This document shows positions 13,701-27,052 of a stretch of DNA of 64,000 nt, one piece after another. The notes beneath the pieces were generated by a model that was given only the letters and a program-made list of their open reading frames with translations, ran no database searches and had not been told where the DNA came from. Every line of letters starts with the position of its first letter. Position 1 is the first letter of the stretch. The position numbers and the translations under genes were made by a program. Source of the stretch: Podarcis cretensis (lineage: Eukaryota); assembly GCA_951804945.1 (NCBI GenBank), contig OX638159.1:37820001-37884000 (forward strand), written 5' to 3'.

Positions 13701-13974
13701 AAGACGATGCTGTATAAATGACTAACAGGCTACAGTACTCCAGATGAGGACATGCTATTTTCCTCAGTTTTATTCTTCTCCTATTATTCTATTCTATTGT
13801 TCCAGAAAGACTGATAGTTTATAAAAGAACAGTCATCACATATGCACACAATACGAATGCATATACATGACAAAGGAGGAGAAAAACAGCCTGTTTTTGC
13901 ATTTTGTATTATCTTGGCAAGTTTGTCTTCAAAAGCAAGATTTACTAGGTACCTGTAATCTTACTAGGTACTAG

Positions 13975-14178
13975 GCGAACCAGAGCAGCGCACCGAAACG
14001 CCGTTCACCTTCCCACCGGAGCGGCACCTATTTATCTACTTGCACTTCGTGCTTTCGAACTGCTAGGTTGGCAGGAGCTGGGACCAAACAACGGCCCGTC
14101 ACGGGGATTCGAGCCGCCAACCTTCTGATCGGCAAGCCCTAGGCTCTGTGGTTTAACCCACAGCGCCACCTGCGTCCC
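13975..14178 (-). mobile_element. Sauria SINE, 5' part only
   Basis: Reverse complement starts GGGACGCAGGTGGCGCTGTGGG; contains the core AAGTAGATAAATAGG; lacks the 3' tail. Confidence 0.85.
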
Positions 14179-14295
14179 ATAAAGTATGTGGGTGCTATTC
14201 AACTAAGTTTACTCAGAGTAGACCTACTGGAAATTAATGAACATGACTATGTTTGGGCCACTCCTTGATTTTGCTTCCTTCCCAACTGGCAAGTA

Positions 14296-14299
<4 letters not shown>

Positions 14300-14331
<32 letters not shown>
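14300..14331. repeat. (GT)n microsatellite
   Basis: Seen directly. Confidence 0.95.
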
Positions 14332-14334
<3 letters not shown>

Positions 14335-16479
14335 AATAAATATATATCCTGAAGCCAAATACCCATTTAGATAGAATTGATACTATGAACAATAAACTAC
14401 TATTTTACATGGCTTTGATTGTTGCATACTGGATTATTTAACCAAGAAACAAGCCTGCTACAAAAGACTGCAGACTTAATTTGGAAATCTGCACTTGAAA
14501 CGCAGACTGACAGATTGGCTATTCATCCCCTGAGATTTTGTTAATTAAACAAGTGCCCTTCTAACATTGATTTTTTTTTGGGGGGGGGTACACTCTTAAG
14601 TACGGCCAGTAGTTGGTTAATAAAACTGTAAGTAAAGATATTGGTGTAAGTAACTGAGTTAACCATCTTAGTTCAAAAACGAAAAATGGACCTATGCATC
14701 GTTGTGGCCAGCAAACATTTAAAATATGGCATTCATGTGTTTGTATAAGACTAGCAGAATGTTCAGTAAAAGGACATGCATGCATGTGTGAGACTGATTT
14801 ATTTTATTTTATTTTTATTTGGCCACTTTCTACAACAGTTGGATCCCTTTTGGTCTTTCCTGCCTCCATCAACTTTCCCAGTTTCCCTTACTTTCTCAAT
14901 TTCTTTTGATCCTCTGTCTCTTATCTTCAGACTTATCACTTAACTGCCCAGAGGACTCAGATCTCAGGGCACACCAGCTGCAACAATAACTTCAAAAGGC
15001 ATGTTAAAGCAGCTTGTGAAAAGTACTCGTTTGTGCACAGACCTCTCTGTATGCTATTCTGTTTTTTATTTTCTCTGAACAGAGCTAATACAGATTAAGG
15101 AAAGATATATAGAACTAATCCGGACCAGTTTTCCTTTATGAACTGACTTAATTCAGTTGCCTTGTAATGGATGGCTCTTTGTAACCTAGTCTTCCAGTTA
15201 GTTTCAGGTGTGTTGGAATGAAGGCTGCCAAATTCAGGTTTACCCCAGATCAGATAACTCATGGATAACCATCATGAAATGCCTGTAAAATGTCAGTTTG
15301 GGGAAGGACATAGTTGAATGAATCCACCTTTATTCAGTTCATGGTTTCTTTAAGGAGTTCTCATATTCTGCCTTGAAAACTAATGTCTGTGAATCATTTT
15401 ATGAAAATGTTGGATTGAGTTTCAGACTTCTGGTTCCCGGTGGTGCATTAAATCCTTCCTTCTATTGGCAAGGAAGAAAGGGGGATCCTTTGTTTAGCCA
15501 GACAAATTCAAAAATTGTCAACTCCAGATGTTCTGAGAGAGACTCCAGGCAGGTCTTGCTACAGAATAGAGAATGGCCCTTGGGACTCTACTGTAGATGC
15601 TGAGTTTCATTTAGTATTTTAGCATCATAGTAGCAGTTGAAAGGAAAGGTGAAAATAAAGCAGTTGAATACTGTATACTATTAATGATGAGGGGTTGCCA
15701 ATTATATATAAAAATTTCTATCTTTCCTTTCTCCCAGTGCAAAAGCCAAAGTGGTTCTGCACTATAAATATTTTTTAAAGTACGGTAAGTAGCCATATTA
15801 AAACAGCACTAGAAAACTATTTAAAGTGCACATACACACAAAAGTACAACACCCACTCTCAGAAAATCCTAGCATCAGTTACTGGCCAAAGGCCTGGTGG
15901 AACAAAAAAAAAAAGTATTTGTCTGCTAGTGGATGGAAAGCAGAGAGAAAGCCAGCCTAGCCTCTTGTGGGAGGGGAGCTTCACAATCTGAGAACAGAGG
16001 ACAGCTACCCAAAAGGTCCTCTCTTGTGTCCATGACTGTGAAGGTGGCAGGACTGAGAGAAAATCTACCCTCTCAGAAGATAGCAGGCTCATACAGAGAG
16101 ATAATGGTCCTTCAGATAGTATGAACCCAGGCTATGTTTAGATATATACTAGTTCTGATTGGAGGCCCCACTGTTCTGAATGTCTGTTTCCTTATTAATT
16201 GGACATGAACAACCAGCAGTCTTATTTTCAGCATGGGGGTGGTGGTTTAATCTGAAACCTCTTAAACTGAGAGAATGTATATCTCCATCTATGTCTGTCT
16301 GTCTGTCTCCCCCCCCCCAAAAAAGCTAGATTTTAAAGACTGATAGAATAAGCATGTTTTAGAACAGTACTGGAAGTATGTTTTGTAGAGTATATTACTT
16401 CTCTGTTGTGCATTATTTCTTTTTAGTATATTGTTACCAAGCGACCCTCTTTCCCCAACTTTTTCCATGGAGTTCCAGA

Positions 16480-16650
16480 AGGTGGTACTGGCACTGTTGC
16501 TCTCCATGGAAATTACCTTGTGGGGTTCCACAAGGTTCAGTTTTGTCTTCTGTACTATTTAACATCTGCAGGAATTTTTCTGGGTGAAATCATCTGGAGT
16601 CATTGGGTTTGATGCTTACATTATGGTGTTGACACCTAGCTGTTTTCCTT
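16480..16650 (+). mobile_element. Ancient L2-type RT fragment
   Basis: Translates CGVPQGSVLSSVLFNI, then a decayed YADDTQL-like segment. Confidence 0.6.
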
Positions 16651-18459
16651 TTTCTCGTCCAATCTACATGTGGTAGAATCTTCCTTCACCAGGAATCTGG
16701 GACCAGTGTTAGACTAGTTCAGCACTGGTTGCTAGTGTGTTTCTAGACCCATTTCAGGACTCTGGCTCTCTAGCTCATTGTTGGCCTATAAGTCCCATCA
16801 GCGCCCACCCCAGTTTGGCCAATGGTCAAAGATGACCAGTGTAGCCCAGCAATATTTGGAGGGCCACAGGTTAGTCATTACTGCCCACCACTGTCCAAAA
16901 TAGGTCAAAGGAATTTTTCCTCTCATTGTGTTCCATCCCTGTTCCTAGAATCAAGATCTGCTAATGAAAATCTGCGTTTTTGGGTTTAGGTTAGTACAGT
17001 CTTCCCTAACCTGATCCTTCTCCAGATGTTTTGGACTAGAACTCCTGTCAGCCCCAGACAGCATGGCCAATGTTCAAGAATGATGGGGGTTGTAGTCTTA
17101 ACAATGTATGGATGGTGCCAGGTGAGGGAAGGCTGGGTTAATATTTAATAGGAGTGAAACTACTAAAGTTGAAGCCTCAACATTTTGGAATGCTGTTCTC
17201 TGGGAATGCTGTTCACTGGGAGATCTGTCTACCTGTCATCTTCTCTTGCTATTTTTCAAAGGCAGCTGAAAGCATTTTCATTCTATCGGGCCTTGGAAGC
17301 TTGGCTTTTAGATTGCTTCTCACTGTTTTCAATTTTTCTCTTTGGGCTTTATAGATTTATTTTGTTGCATTTTGAAATGGGTTGGATCCAGAGTACTCAG
17401 AGCTTGACTCATTTTTTTCCTTTTTGTCTCCAAAAGCTGCTTCAGGGGTTGGGGGCCATCTAGAAGAGTTGGGTAGATAATGCTTGGGGGCAGCTGGCCA
17501 GAAGGGGGAATTGGCTGCCAAAAAAGAAACCCTTTGTTCTCAGAAACCTCTGCAGATAACAAAAGGTCTGTAGAGAGCAATAGGTCCCAGGTTCAGTCTT
17601 TGGTATCTCCAGCTGTCAGGAGTCAGAGTCAGGAGTAGGTCAGCCATTAAAAAAAACCCTGGTGTCAGTGAAGTTAACTCTTTATTCAAAAAATAAAGAG
17701 GCAGGCCTAGTGAACCCAGCAACGCTTCCCAGAATGTCTTGCCCCAAGGAGGCAGTTGCTAGGGCTGCCTTCCCACTTCTCTCTAAGATTTCCCCCATGG
17801 GTGTAGTCAGGGTTTTTGTTGGGGGGGGGGCAGGCTATTAGAGGGGGCAGAAGCTCAGATTTGTATTGATTTGTATTGATGGGGGGCAGCTGTCCCCTCC
17901 CCCCTTGGCTATGCCAATGGCTTCTTCCCCAGTTACTTCCTTAGCAGCCTAAGGCTCTGGCATCTTGCCTCTCTTTGTTCCACCTTCTTCATTTCTCTGC
18001 ATATTTTGGGAGACCATGGGGGGGGGGGAGAGCTGGTCACAGCAAGAGGGGAAAATTCCCTGACTTCTTCAACTGCCTGTCTCCACACCCTTGACCCTTC
18101 CTCCTGCTTCCGCACTCTGCCACAGCCTTCTCCTGCTCACCAAACCCTGTTACCTCTTCAGTTTCTGACACTTTCTCTTCCCAGTCTGCCCCCTCTTCTC
18201 CCTTTGACCACTCACTGTTGTCCCAGCACCAGTCTCTTGGCTCTGAGCCTTCTTTCCTTGGGGGTTCTCAAGCTGGTGCCTTCCACCAACTCTCTGTGCC
18301 CAACCAGAAAGGAACAGGAATGACTTCTGTCTGAAATTCAGGTGGGCTGCTGTCAGTCAGGCCACCTCACTCAGTTATTGTACATCCTGATTGACAGACT
18401 AGAAGCTTCTTAATTTTTTTAGTTGGATTCAACAGTCTGTATTTAATTCTCATATTCAC

Positions 18460-18462
<3 letters not shown>

Positions 18463-18534
<72 letters not shown>
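18463..18534. repeat. Compound (CT)n(GT)n microsatellite
   Basis: Seen directly. Confidence 0.95.
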
Positions 18535-18535
<1 letters not shown>

Positions 18536-19194
18536 TTAGCTCTGGGTTATGCTAGGCCTGTGGAGACCTAGGTTTGATCCTTGATTGGCTTTAAGTAAAG
18601 CACTTTTGGTAATCCTGGGCTGTTTATGCTGTTTAAAACCAACTGGTCATATATGGTTGTTGGGAGAATAACATAGAACATTGCTAAGGCAGGGATTTAA
18701 ATATAAAAAATAAATGAAGTATGCATATAAATAGTTGAACAGTTATAACAGACTTTTTAATATCCACTTGCCTTTTCATCTGGGGTGGTCAGATGAAATC
18801 AGTGAAGAATACAGTATATAGGGCAGACTGCAGGTTTGGAATTAGTGTTTGAATGTTGTTTTGCTTTGCCTACATGGAGAAGATAGCAGAATGAGGCTCA
18901 GGCTAGTAAAATTGTTCCTTCCTAAAGTGCTGCAGGTTACTTGCAGGGAGAGTTTTTACAAGGGTGTAAATTCTAAAATGCCACCTCACACATGCCTGCA
19001 GCCTTAACCCTCAAATTCAATGCAGCCATTCAGTCAGGTGCTTGATAAATCCACATATTTAGTGGCCCAAGCAGGTAGCAAATATGGAAAGTTTATCCAG
19101 AGACCCTGGGTACATTCAGCTCTGACTATTGCTAGTAGTGCAGGCCTGCTTTAAGTGAAGGGCGGGTAATTAATTCAAAAGCAACATTATTGTA

Positions 19195-19287
19195 CGCCGG
19201 CTCCCTTGGCCAGTAAAGCAAGATGAGCGCCGCAACCCCAGAGTCGTCCATGACTGGACCTAATGGTCAGGGGTCCCTTTACCTTTT
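19195..19287 (+). mobile_element. Sauria SINE, 3' fragment
   Basis: GATGAGCGCCGCAACCCCAGAGTC...GGGGTCCCTTTACCTTT tail. Confidence 0.75.
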
Positions 19288-20888
19288 AGTTACACTTGCT
19301 TGGGGGGAGGGGGAACCTATAATACTATAAATGGTAATAAATTTATTTAAATGTAACATGCGTTACAACTTTGTTGTGAAAAACATCTGAAGAGATAGTA
19401 CTTTGAAAAATAATATTAAGCAAATTTTTACTGACTTGAATAAGTAACCCACAAGAAAAAGTTCAAAATCACAGAAACCAATGAAGGAATGGAAAAATAC
19501 CTTTAACCGCCTCCAGTTTATACTACTTAGCACTTTTATTAGATAAATTACCACCATTTAACTACCGCAGAAAACTCCCTAGAGGGAGACTAATCAAATA
19601 TATCACACAGTGAAAACACACTTCCTTTGCTTAAGTATAAACAGCTTTTAAACTTCAGACACAAACCCCAATTTTGCAAAACAAACACATTACAGTATTC
19701 AAAACAAAGGATATATGCAATTTTCCTTGTTCAGCACAATGTTAATGGGATTTCCATTTCTTTCCTGTTTTAATTTTAAGAATGGGCTTTCTGATAAACC
19801 TTCCTTCTGCTGTTTCTATTCCTGTTCATGCTAAGAAAGGTCAAGGATTTGTTCTTGCTAAACAGTGGATGACAAAATGTTGTTCATAGTTTGAACATTG
19901 AACACAGGAGTTCCTGCACTGGGGTTATAGATATAAATTATCCAGCTAAAGGCAAGGTTATTTAAGCAGTGATCTTGTGCATAATTACATCCACATACGC
20001 AGAAAATCAATGGGACATGTGTGTGTTGACGGAGTGCAGGACTGAAGGCCTAATGAGTAATGGTGTTTTAATACATCCTGGCTTTAAATGACTAGCCTTG
20101 GAGAATTTGGCTTCATCCACCAAAAACATCACAAGATGGCAGGATATGTCTTAGAACCTTTTAAGCTGTAGGGAAATTACTTTTTAAACTTTTGCACCTG
20201 TAGGCTTCTGCATACCAACCATTAAAATTGCTATTATACAAAATCAGTATCAACAACACAAAAGTTTATCTACATTTAGCTACCTATTTGGACAGGTTCA
20301 CATGTTATGTTATAATTGTGCATACTCCATCTTCCTCTGCCCAGGTCCCCCTATATTGTGGCCACTTATGCACTAGCATAAAATAGAATAAAGGAGGGCA
20401 CATGTACAAATGCAAATTTATAAATAATTACTATAATTTAAATAGAAATACAAGACATCTCATCATAACCGGGGTGGGGGGGTGGGGGGTGGATAATGAG
20501 CAAACGGCCTGTGTGTCTACTGTATGGTTCTTTGTTTTTAAACCAGATAGCCCTGTAACAAATTACTTGTTCAAACAGAGCGGGGGAAGGCAAACCTTTT
20601 CTGGCAGGCAGGCCAGATCCTTATCTTCCCCATCTCTGAATGGCCAAGCTTGGGACAACTTAGTGATGTCAGGTGATGCTGTGGGACTTCAAAGCACAGA
20701 ATGGGGTGTTTGAAACCCCTTTTGCAAACAGCCTTGCCAAAGGGCTCTTAAAAAGCCTACACTGCTTTTTGAGTCTCAGGTTTTTGTACTGTAAACCTTC
20801 AGGGAGAGTAATTTGTTTTATTGTTCTATATCCATTGCTTACACCTACTCCTTTAAATGTAAACAATTGTCTGTCTACCTATTATCAT

Positions 20889-20949
20889 GTTGTTGTTTAG
20901 TCGTGTCCGACTCTTCGTGACCCCATGGACCAGAGCATGCCAGGCACAT
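20889..20949 (-). mobile_element. Extreme 3' end of an RTE/Bov-B LINE (61 bp)
   Basis: GTTGTTGTTTAGTCGTGTCCGACTCTTCGTGACCCCATGGAC is the Bov-B-type 3' terminus on the minus strand. 10-bp TSD CTATTATCAT at 20879-20888 and 20950-20959. Confidence 0.85.
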
Positions 20950-20958
20950 CTATTATCA

Positions 20959-21111
20959 TAGGGCTGCCATATTCCAAACAGTGCTTTTTTTGGCAAAATT
21001 GTTGAGTTTTTGTGAATTTTCCCAAACAGTTAGCCGATTTTCGCTCAGACACTGCTGTCGACTGCAGTATTCCAGATATGTCCGGGATATTCCAGACGTA
21101 TGGCAGCCCTA
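20959..21111. mobile_element. MITE (hAT-like)
   Basis: 13-bp TIR TAGGGCTGCCATA / TATGGCAGCCCTA; TSD not evident. Confidence 0.65.
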
Positions 21112-21239
21112 TCAACATCTGTTACACAAAGCATTTAAATTGAACTATTTGGGAAATACAAGTTTTACAATAATTTAAGCAAAGTTCACAGTATCACATA
21201 ATGGTCTGATGATGATGACGATGACGATAATGATTATTA

Positions 21240-21463
21240 TTAATAATTTTATTATTTATACCCCACCCATCTGGCTGGGTTTCCCCAGCCACTCTGGGTG
21301 GCTTACATATCTAAAAACATCAAGCATTAAAAACCTCCCGATACAAGGCTGCCTTAAGATGTCTTCTAAAAGTTGTATAGTTCTTTATCTCCTTGACATC
21401 TGAAGGGAGGGTGTTCCATAGGGTGGGCGCCACTATCGAGAAGGCCCTCTGCCTAGTTCCCTG
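21240..21463 (-). mobile_element. L2 LINE, short 3' fragment
   Basis: Same 3'UTR as the larger L2 copies (ATACCCCACCCATCTGGCTGGG...CAGCCACTCTGGG) plus the last ORF2 codons. Confidence 0.85.
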
Positions 21464-24400
21464 ATTGTTAGAAATAGCTATTATGGATCAGCTACAATAG
21501 TTTTTTGTTGCTTATCAATGAAAGGAAAGCTTGCTTATCATATAATAATCATGTGAATGAATCATAATGTGTCAACAAGTTTATAAGGTCAGTTACAAAA
21601 ATATTTTAAGATGAAGCCTCAAGTATAGATAATCAACAAAGCCTAAAAGCCTAGTAGCTCAGGCTATTATAAATTCCTTAACTTTGATCTCAAGCATCTG
21701 TGTTGCAGTTATGATCTACAAAAACTGCAAACTGAAGAGAACATTTTATACATTTTTACACACAAATATACATAATACACAAAGAGTCCCATTCTATAGA
21801 CAGCTTTACTTTTACCATTGTCAACTGAAGTTTCTTTAGGCTTCAATTCAATGCTTACTTACCTGGGAGTAAGTCCCACTGAATTCAAGGGAACTTACTT
21901 CTGAATTAGCATGTATAGAATTGTATTTATCGTTCTTCCTTTTAAGATAAAATTAACATATTTTAGATTCCCTATATTTAGGGTAGTTCAATGGCAAATA
22001 CAATATGGCTACAAACTGCCCTTATGGTGCTAATCATCAGGCATTTAAAATGTAAATTTCTTAAACAAAGCTCCCTGCCCCCAAGCAACATGGTTTTGGC
22101 CATAAATGCTTCTCCAGATGTTTCATTCTATTCAAATTGTTTCTGCCTTCGGCCCCAGAAATCTCCTCTAGTATTGTTTATGCAATTATTATTATTCTTA
22201 CTACGTAATTACATTATGTATGAGCAAATGCCAGTTGTTTCAAAGTAGACTATAAAAAAATACTTGTTATGTAACCAAGTATCTTTTCTTAACTATTCTA
22301 CTGTACTTTTTCTACTGTTTTTCAATGAGAAAGAGAGGAGTAACTTATTTGCAGGCTAGGTTATATGTTCTCTTGGGGGTGGGAGGGAGGGAGAATAGGG
22401 AGCAAAAATGGAATTCTGTTTGTTTGGAAAATACAATGTGCTCACTTTTGGCACACACACACACTACTAGACTTATAAAAATCAAAATAAAAGCTTAATG
22501 AAAAGTTTGAACTGTTTCATTTATTGTAGTTTGCCTTTTCAAAAGAGTTCAGTACTACTCTGCACTCTGCCCCCGCCCCCCCTGCTTTCTGGTGAGTAGC
22601 ATTGAAAACTCCTTTCAGGATATGCAGATGTTTGGTGCCTTGAGTATCTTTAGCAATCTGCATTTTTCTTTTAGCTTCGTTTGCATGATGGCAGTTAAGA
22701 TGAGTGCTCTATTTTTGCTGCAGATAAAAATAATAATTTAAAAACTTAGTTCCTGATCCTTTTTTTCCTCCAAATCTGCCTTTAAGGCTTCAATAAACAG
22801 TAAATCCATTGTTCTACTTGTTTTATTCTACATGGCACTCAACTCCAAAGCATAAAACTGTACTGCATTGTCAGAGAACTCTGCTTTCCCCTCAGCCTGA
22901 CTTACACACACACACTTTTCCTCTCTCCTAACCACAACAGTACAATCATTTCATAGACCTACTGCCTATTAGAGGTTTTAGTATAAGGTGAAGCACATAA
23001 AATGGGTAGGCGGATAAAAATATTGTCCTATTAAACACTTCTTCAGCCCCCTCCTAAAGATGTATTTCTTATATATTTCTCTATCAGTTCTAGCTTTTTC
23101 TTAGATTTTTTTTTAATCTTACATAAAAAAAATGGTTTGGTGTGCACACAAATACGGTACTTTTTTCTCATTTGAATTTTTTTCTCATTTTATTTATTTA
23201 AAATATTTAGAACCTGCTTTTCATCATATCCATTCCATGGTGGTGTGAAATAAAAGATCAATTTTAAAACAACAGTTCCAGCATAACAGTTAAGAGAGTA
23301 GAGAAAACTGCAGATTCAACCAGCCATCAATAAACTACAAAGAAACTACCTGCATCAACCTGAATTGGCAACTAATATCCTGCAAATGCAGAAGAAAATA
23401 GCCACGTAGGTGCCGAAATTAAGTGATTCTTTGTCAATCATACCTCAGGGAATTCCACAAGTGGGGTGACACCTCAAAGAAGGCATTTTCTCATGTGCCT
23501 ACATAAGGTAAAAACGACTGCCAAACATAAAGTGTTGTCTTCCAAGACAAATGTATGTACAGGTGTTGAGTCTTGTATGTAGTTATCCACATGACACCAA
23601 TACAGACTTGGAAAATCTTTTGCATTACAGAGTAAGTTCACATCCACAGGCCATTCTTCAGTTTAAAGTGTGGGGCTTTGCACAAGTAAGTCTTTAGGGA
23701 CACCATTGTCGCTATTAAACCATATGCCTTAGTGTTAGGCATATGAAATGAATACCTGTACTGTGCCGAAAAGTCCCACCCAAATATTGCTGTTTGACTG
23801 CGCCTTGCAGGAGAGCCTCCAGCCTCTCAGTCCACTGCTTATTGATTCAAATGTTTATGTGTCATGCAATGACAGGAAAGGATAACCTACCAAGAAAAAT
23901 TGAGTCAAATAAGGAATGCTTAACAGAACAAAGGACATTTACTCAGATTACAACTGAGAATTATGTTTATTCCTCTTGCTAGCCAGTCCAAGAAATAAGA
24001 AATGTCAAACATTGTGTTATTCACACTTTTAAAAAACCTTTTTTCCTTTTCCCCAACAAAGCCCACTGTGTTTCATCAGCTTTTCAGGATGCAAGTTTTA
24101 TGCACTGTTAATAAGGAAATGAATTACTAGAGTGCTTAATGGCTGTTTAAAAAGAAGCTATTGTCTGAAGAAGAGAAAAAAAGAAGCTGTTTATGAAGTT
24201 GCAGGTCTCATGCTTTATAAACAAAAGTTTTAATGGACCAGTCAGTGTTCTGGGTGACTTCAACGTGGTTGTCACAGCCCACCCTCAGCTGCCTGTAACA
24301 CTCATGAGACTAAACTAAAAAAAGAAAAAAAATGTATTCATTGAGTTGGTGCTCTTGGATGTGATACATGCATGTGAGGCCCAGGGGTCAAATGTGTCCC

Positions 24401-24566
24401 TCTAGGCATTTCTATGCAGGCCACAGGGCTCTCCTGAGGCAATACTTTCTCCCCCCAGGCCACACAATTCAACTAGTCCTCCTCTGCAACCTTCTCAAGT
24501 GCTTCTGTCCAAGTGGAATGTGACACTGAACTATGATAATTCCTCTTGCTTGCATGTATTTTGTTT

Positions 24567-24626
24567 GTGTGTGTGCGTGTGTGTGTGTGTGCGTGCGCGC
24601 GCGCGCACGCACGCACGCACACACAC
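24567..24626. repeat. Alternating purine-pyrimidine tract (GT)n(GC)n(AC)n, quasi-palindromic
   Basis: GTGTGTGCGTGCGCGCGCGCGCACGCACGCACGCACACACAC seen directly. Confidence 0.9.
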
Positions 24627-25336
24627 TTTTGCATAGCTGGAATGTAGCCTACTGACTGTGGTTGCACCTACTTTTTGCCTCTGGCTCCAACCCACCACTA
24701 GCATGCAGCTCCCAAAAGGAACATACAAGAAAACTCAACTACTCTACAAATACCCTGCAAATTATCCTAAGGCTGCAGAATCAAGAGTCATTACTGTATA
24801 ACCTTTAGGACTATAGTCTAGGAAAGCAGTTGTGCAAATAAATTCAATTTCAGTTGTACAGAGCAAAAGCATGCCTGTATCCTCGACAAAAGGTCTTACA
24901 ACTAGTGTATTGCAAGGTATCTGTGCTGCTAGTACTGTTTTGCTTTTCTTAAATGTTAAAAGTGTTGCTTTTGTGAGTCATAGGAAGAACTAATGGCAAG
25001 GAAAGGCAGCATGCATAACTTACAGATACCTACAGGGACAGGAATGTATTCTGGCAGCCCCTCTCAGAAGCACCTAGGCTGTGTACACACAAGGGAGGTG
25101 GTGGAATTCAATGTCATGCTATTACAAATGTTCCATCTGTGCAAGCATATTGACTTGCCAGACAGAACAATCTCCCCTCCTGGCCACTTTTCTGGAAGTT
25201 TTCCCACTCCACCCCTGAGCCCATGTTGGTGGGGGTGGGGGAGAACACTGGGATGTCCCACTGCACAAGAGGAAGCCCTTGCACAGGGCGTCTGCTGATG
25301 GGGTTCATTAGGTGAATCCCACCATATACCTTTAAT

Positions 25337-25518
25337 CAGTGCTTTTTTCCTAAAAAAAATGTTTAGGGCTACTCTCATTTTGACTCAAGAAAACCACCAC
25401 TTTATAGTTCAAATCATGGAAAATAAATAAGGTAAATGGACCAAAGTACAAAGATTCACAAAATATTTAGTGGTATGTGTACCCCTGCGTATCCCACCCC
25501 ACCCTGGAAAAAGCACTG
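25337..25518. mobile_element. hAT-type MITE
   Basis: TIR beginning CAGTGCTTTTT / AAAAAGCACTG; perfect 8-bp TSD CCTTTAAT at 25329-25336 and 25519-25526. Confidence 0.88.
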
Positions 25519-26229
25519 CCTTTAATGCACAATATTTTCCTCAAAGAATTCAGGGCACTGAAGTTTGTTAAGGGTTGCTGGGAACTGTAGCTATGTGGGA
25601 GGTACCAACTAGAGTACCAAAAATTCTTTTGAAGGAAAGGATGTGCTTTAAAGGCATATACACATGAAGTAGCACATGAAGTACACTGCTTGAAGTAGCA
25701 GCGTGCCAGCCACCATAAGTGGTTCTTTTACAGCCTCAGCTGTTCTCTGAAGAACTACAGGGTGCCATACCCACTAAGCAGTACATTGCAGACCCAGCAC
25801 TTTACAATTAAGAGGCTGAAAGTAGACAGAGGAAGAGAAGGCACAACAGGCAAGAAAGAAAAAGGGGGCCAGAGGGGAAGTCATGGTATCAACAGTGGAA
25901 TGCAACAAGGTCATGTTCATAGCATACATTTAAAGCACTCTTGCACCACTTTAACAGTCATGGAGAATTCTGGGAACTGTAGTTTATTAAGAGTGTTAGA
26001 AATTGCAGGGCTGTGGGGTCAGCACCCTTAACAAACTTCAATTTCCGGTATCTTTGGGGGAAGCCATGACTGCTAAGGAGTGCTTTAAATGTGTGGATGT
26101 TACCCATGCATATATATGTTGCATTCATGAGTGTGAGACGGAAGGAATAATTGGCAGATGCAATGTGCCATTAGCGGAAATGAAGTAGTAGTGATGAGGT
26201 AATAGCAAGAGAGGAGATACTATACTGTC

Positions 26230-26493
26230 TGTTATGTACTGAAGTTCTCACCCTGGGCCAGCAGGGGGATACTGTAGATAGTTTTAACTCAGGTCCACAT
26301 ATGCAAATAAGGAATTGAAAGTGACGTTCAGTGATTGGCTAGTTACAGAAAGTTGTTACTGTTGCCTTGTAGTTGAGCTCTATATAAGCAGGTTGGCTGA
26401 ACCCTTCAGTTCAGTTCTGTTCTGGCCTGTGAATAAACAAGAGCTGTTTGAAGAATCACTATGTCATCTGATATGTTCACCCACAACTTAACA
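26230..26493 (+). mobile_element. Solo LTR (264 bp)
   Basis: TGTTA...TAACA termini; 5-bp TSD CTGTC at 26225-26229 and 26494-26498; TATATAA at 26381; AATAAA at 26432. Confidence 0.88.
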
Positions 26494-26640
26494 CTGTCCT
26501 TTTTACAGTAAGAGGTTTTGTTTGTATGCTGCTACTGACTAATAAAGCCACTTTTGGAAAACTCAAATACACATGTTCACTGTATTTCTGGGCTACAGCT
26601 AACTGTTCATCAGAATAATTTAAAATGGACTAACATTCCA

Positions 26641-27001
26641 GGGACGCGGGTGGCGCTGTGGGTAAAACCTCAGCGCCTAGGACTTGCCGATCGCATGGGC
26701 AGCGGTTCGAATCCCCGCAGCGGGGTGCGCTCCCGTCGTTCGGTCCCAGCGCCTGCCAACCTAGCAGTTCGAAAGCACCCCCAGGTGCAAGTAGATAAAT
26801 AGGGACCGCTTACCAGCGGGAAGGTAGACGGTGTTCCGTGTGCTGCGCTGGCTCGCCAGATGCAGCTTGTCACGCTGGCCATGTGACCCGGAAGTGTCTG
26901 CGGACAGCACTGGCTCCTGGCCTATAGAGTGAGATGAGCGCACAACCCTAGAGTCTGGCAAGACTGGCCCGAACGGGCAGGGGTACCTTTACCTTTACCT
27001 T
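26641..27001 (+). mobile_element. Sauria SINE, full length
   Basis: GGGACGCGGGTGGCGC head; (ACCTTT)3 tail; 10-bp TSD TAACATTCCA at 26631-26640 and 27002-27011. Confidence 0.93.
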
Positions 27002-27052
27002 TAACATTCCATCATGATTATATCTGTTGCTTTAAGACTGCCCTTACAGTAC

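Noticed and set aside
17796-17919. Possible hAT MITE (CATGGGTGTAGTCA..TGGCTATGCCAATG)
   Set aside because: TIRs are degenerate and there is no TSD, so it is too weak to list.
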